This document shows positions 63,341-63,784 of a DNA stretch of 63,784 bases, in pieces (position 1 is the first letter of the stretch; each line of letters opens with the position of its first letter). The notes under the pieces are model-generated. The model was not told the origin of the DNA, searched no databases, and was given only the letters and a program-made list of their open reading frames with translations. Source of the stretch: Candidatus Omnitrophota bacterium (lineage in GTDB: Bacteria > Omnitrophota > Gorgyraeia > Gygaellales > Profunditerraquicolaceae); assembly GCA_903852325.1 (NCBI GenBank), contig CAINQO010000045.1, forward strand, positions 1 through 63,784, in the 5' to 3' direction. A program made the position numbers and the translations under genes.

Positions 63341-63784
63341 ATGATGCCTTTCCTAATTGTTTATTAGCTAGTAGTTTTCCTAATTGCAGATTGTCTGACT
63401 TTACTTCACCGCTGTAGATAAGGTCTTTCAACTCGTTTTCAAATTTCAAAGAAACATCCGTTGTAATGTCCCCAATATTTGTCAACACGTTGCCATAGAG
63501 AACCAGGTTGTTAAGGAATCCGGTAATGTTACCCTTATAATGCACCACCCCAAGTTGATTAAGTTCGTCGGGGGAGCAGAAATGGTTTACGGGTAAGGTC
63601 AGAAATAAAATCCTGTAAATCACTTTTTTGGAAGTGTAGATCAACAATCTGACCGTAAATAAAGGCTTCGCGTAAATCAGGAAAGCCGTTTACATCCAAA
63701 TCGGCATTAAGTTGGAACGTATCACCGTATTTAATTTCCATTTTCTGGAAATGCATTCCTTTTACTCGTCCGGTTATCAAGCCC
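63341..63784 (-). pseudogene. 3'-truncated, frameshifted fragment of a minus-strand gene of unknown function in a low-GC terminal segment
   Basis: Two minus-strand ORFs (63559-63780 and 63258-63647) read as one protein only if a 1-nt frameshift near 63590-63600 is allowed. The lower ORF finds a stop only after running 83 nt into the convergent RNase gene. Confidence 0.4.

Overview
This 63.8-kb window is almost entirely plus-strand and comes from a diderm anaerobe, probably uncultivated; I cannot assign a taxon from sequence alone. I saw no tRNA or rRNA genes, CRISPR arrays, transposases, integrases or recognisable defence genes. Gene content falls into blocks. (1) 0.1-24.3 kb is a nitrogen-assimilation supercluster. 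It holds lrp, an aminotransferase, a GAF-ANTAR regulator and nadE; an APC permease fused to a PII domain, with two further PII paralogs and a porin; a KimA-like transporter with a structured leader; an orphan sigma-70-family factor; two tandem amtB-glnK units; type III glutamine synthetase; and a small Fis-HTH protein with gltBD. (2) 24.4-25.4 kb holds exbBD-like genes. (3) 25.5-37.0 kb encodes a complex-I-like group 4 [NiFe] hydrogenase with three antiporter-like subunits, a maturation protease and a HypC-HydE-like radical SAM fusion. (4) 37.1-43.9 kb is the F1Fo ATP synthase operon. (5) 43.9-55.4 kb carries rex, a NuoEF-type [FeFe] hydrogenase (hydCDBA), hydGEF and nfnAB. (6) 55.5-63.3 kb carries a HEAT/HD-GYP gene pair, carA, a split carB N-terminal half and a beta-CASP RNase. 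(7) The last ~440 bp are low in GC and carry a truncated, frameshifted minus-strand gene fragment. The most interesting signal is non-coding. The nitrogen operons are preceded by leaders that combine short hexaloop hairpins (ANTAR-substrate-like, recurrent AC-NNNGGC-GT core) with overlapping intrinsic terminators. Four of these leaders also share a fixed-spacing box, GTTACCA-N16-ACTTGTA. This suggests a nitrogen regulon governed by the GAF-ANTAR protein and possibly the orphan sigma factor. A family of ~135-nt intra-operon hairpin repeats is also present.
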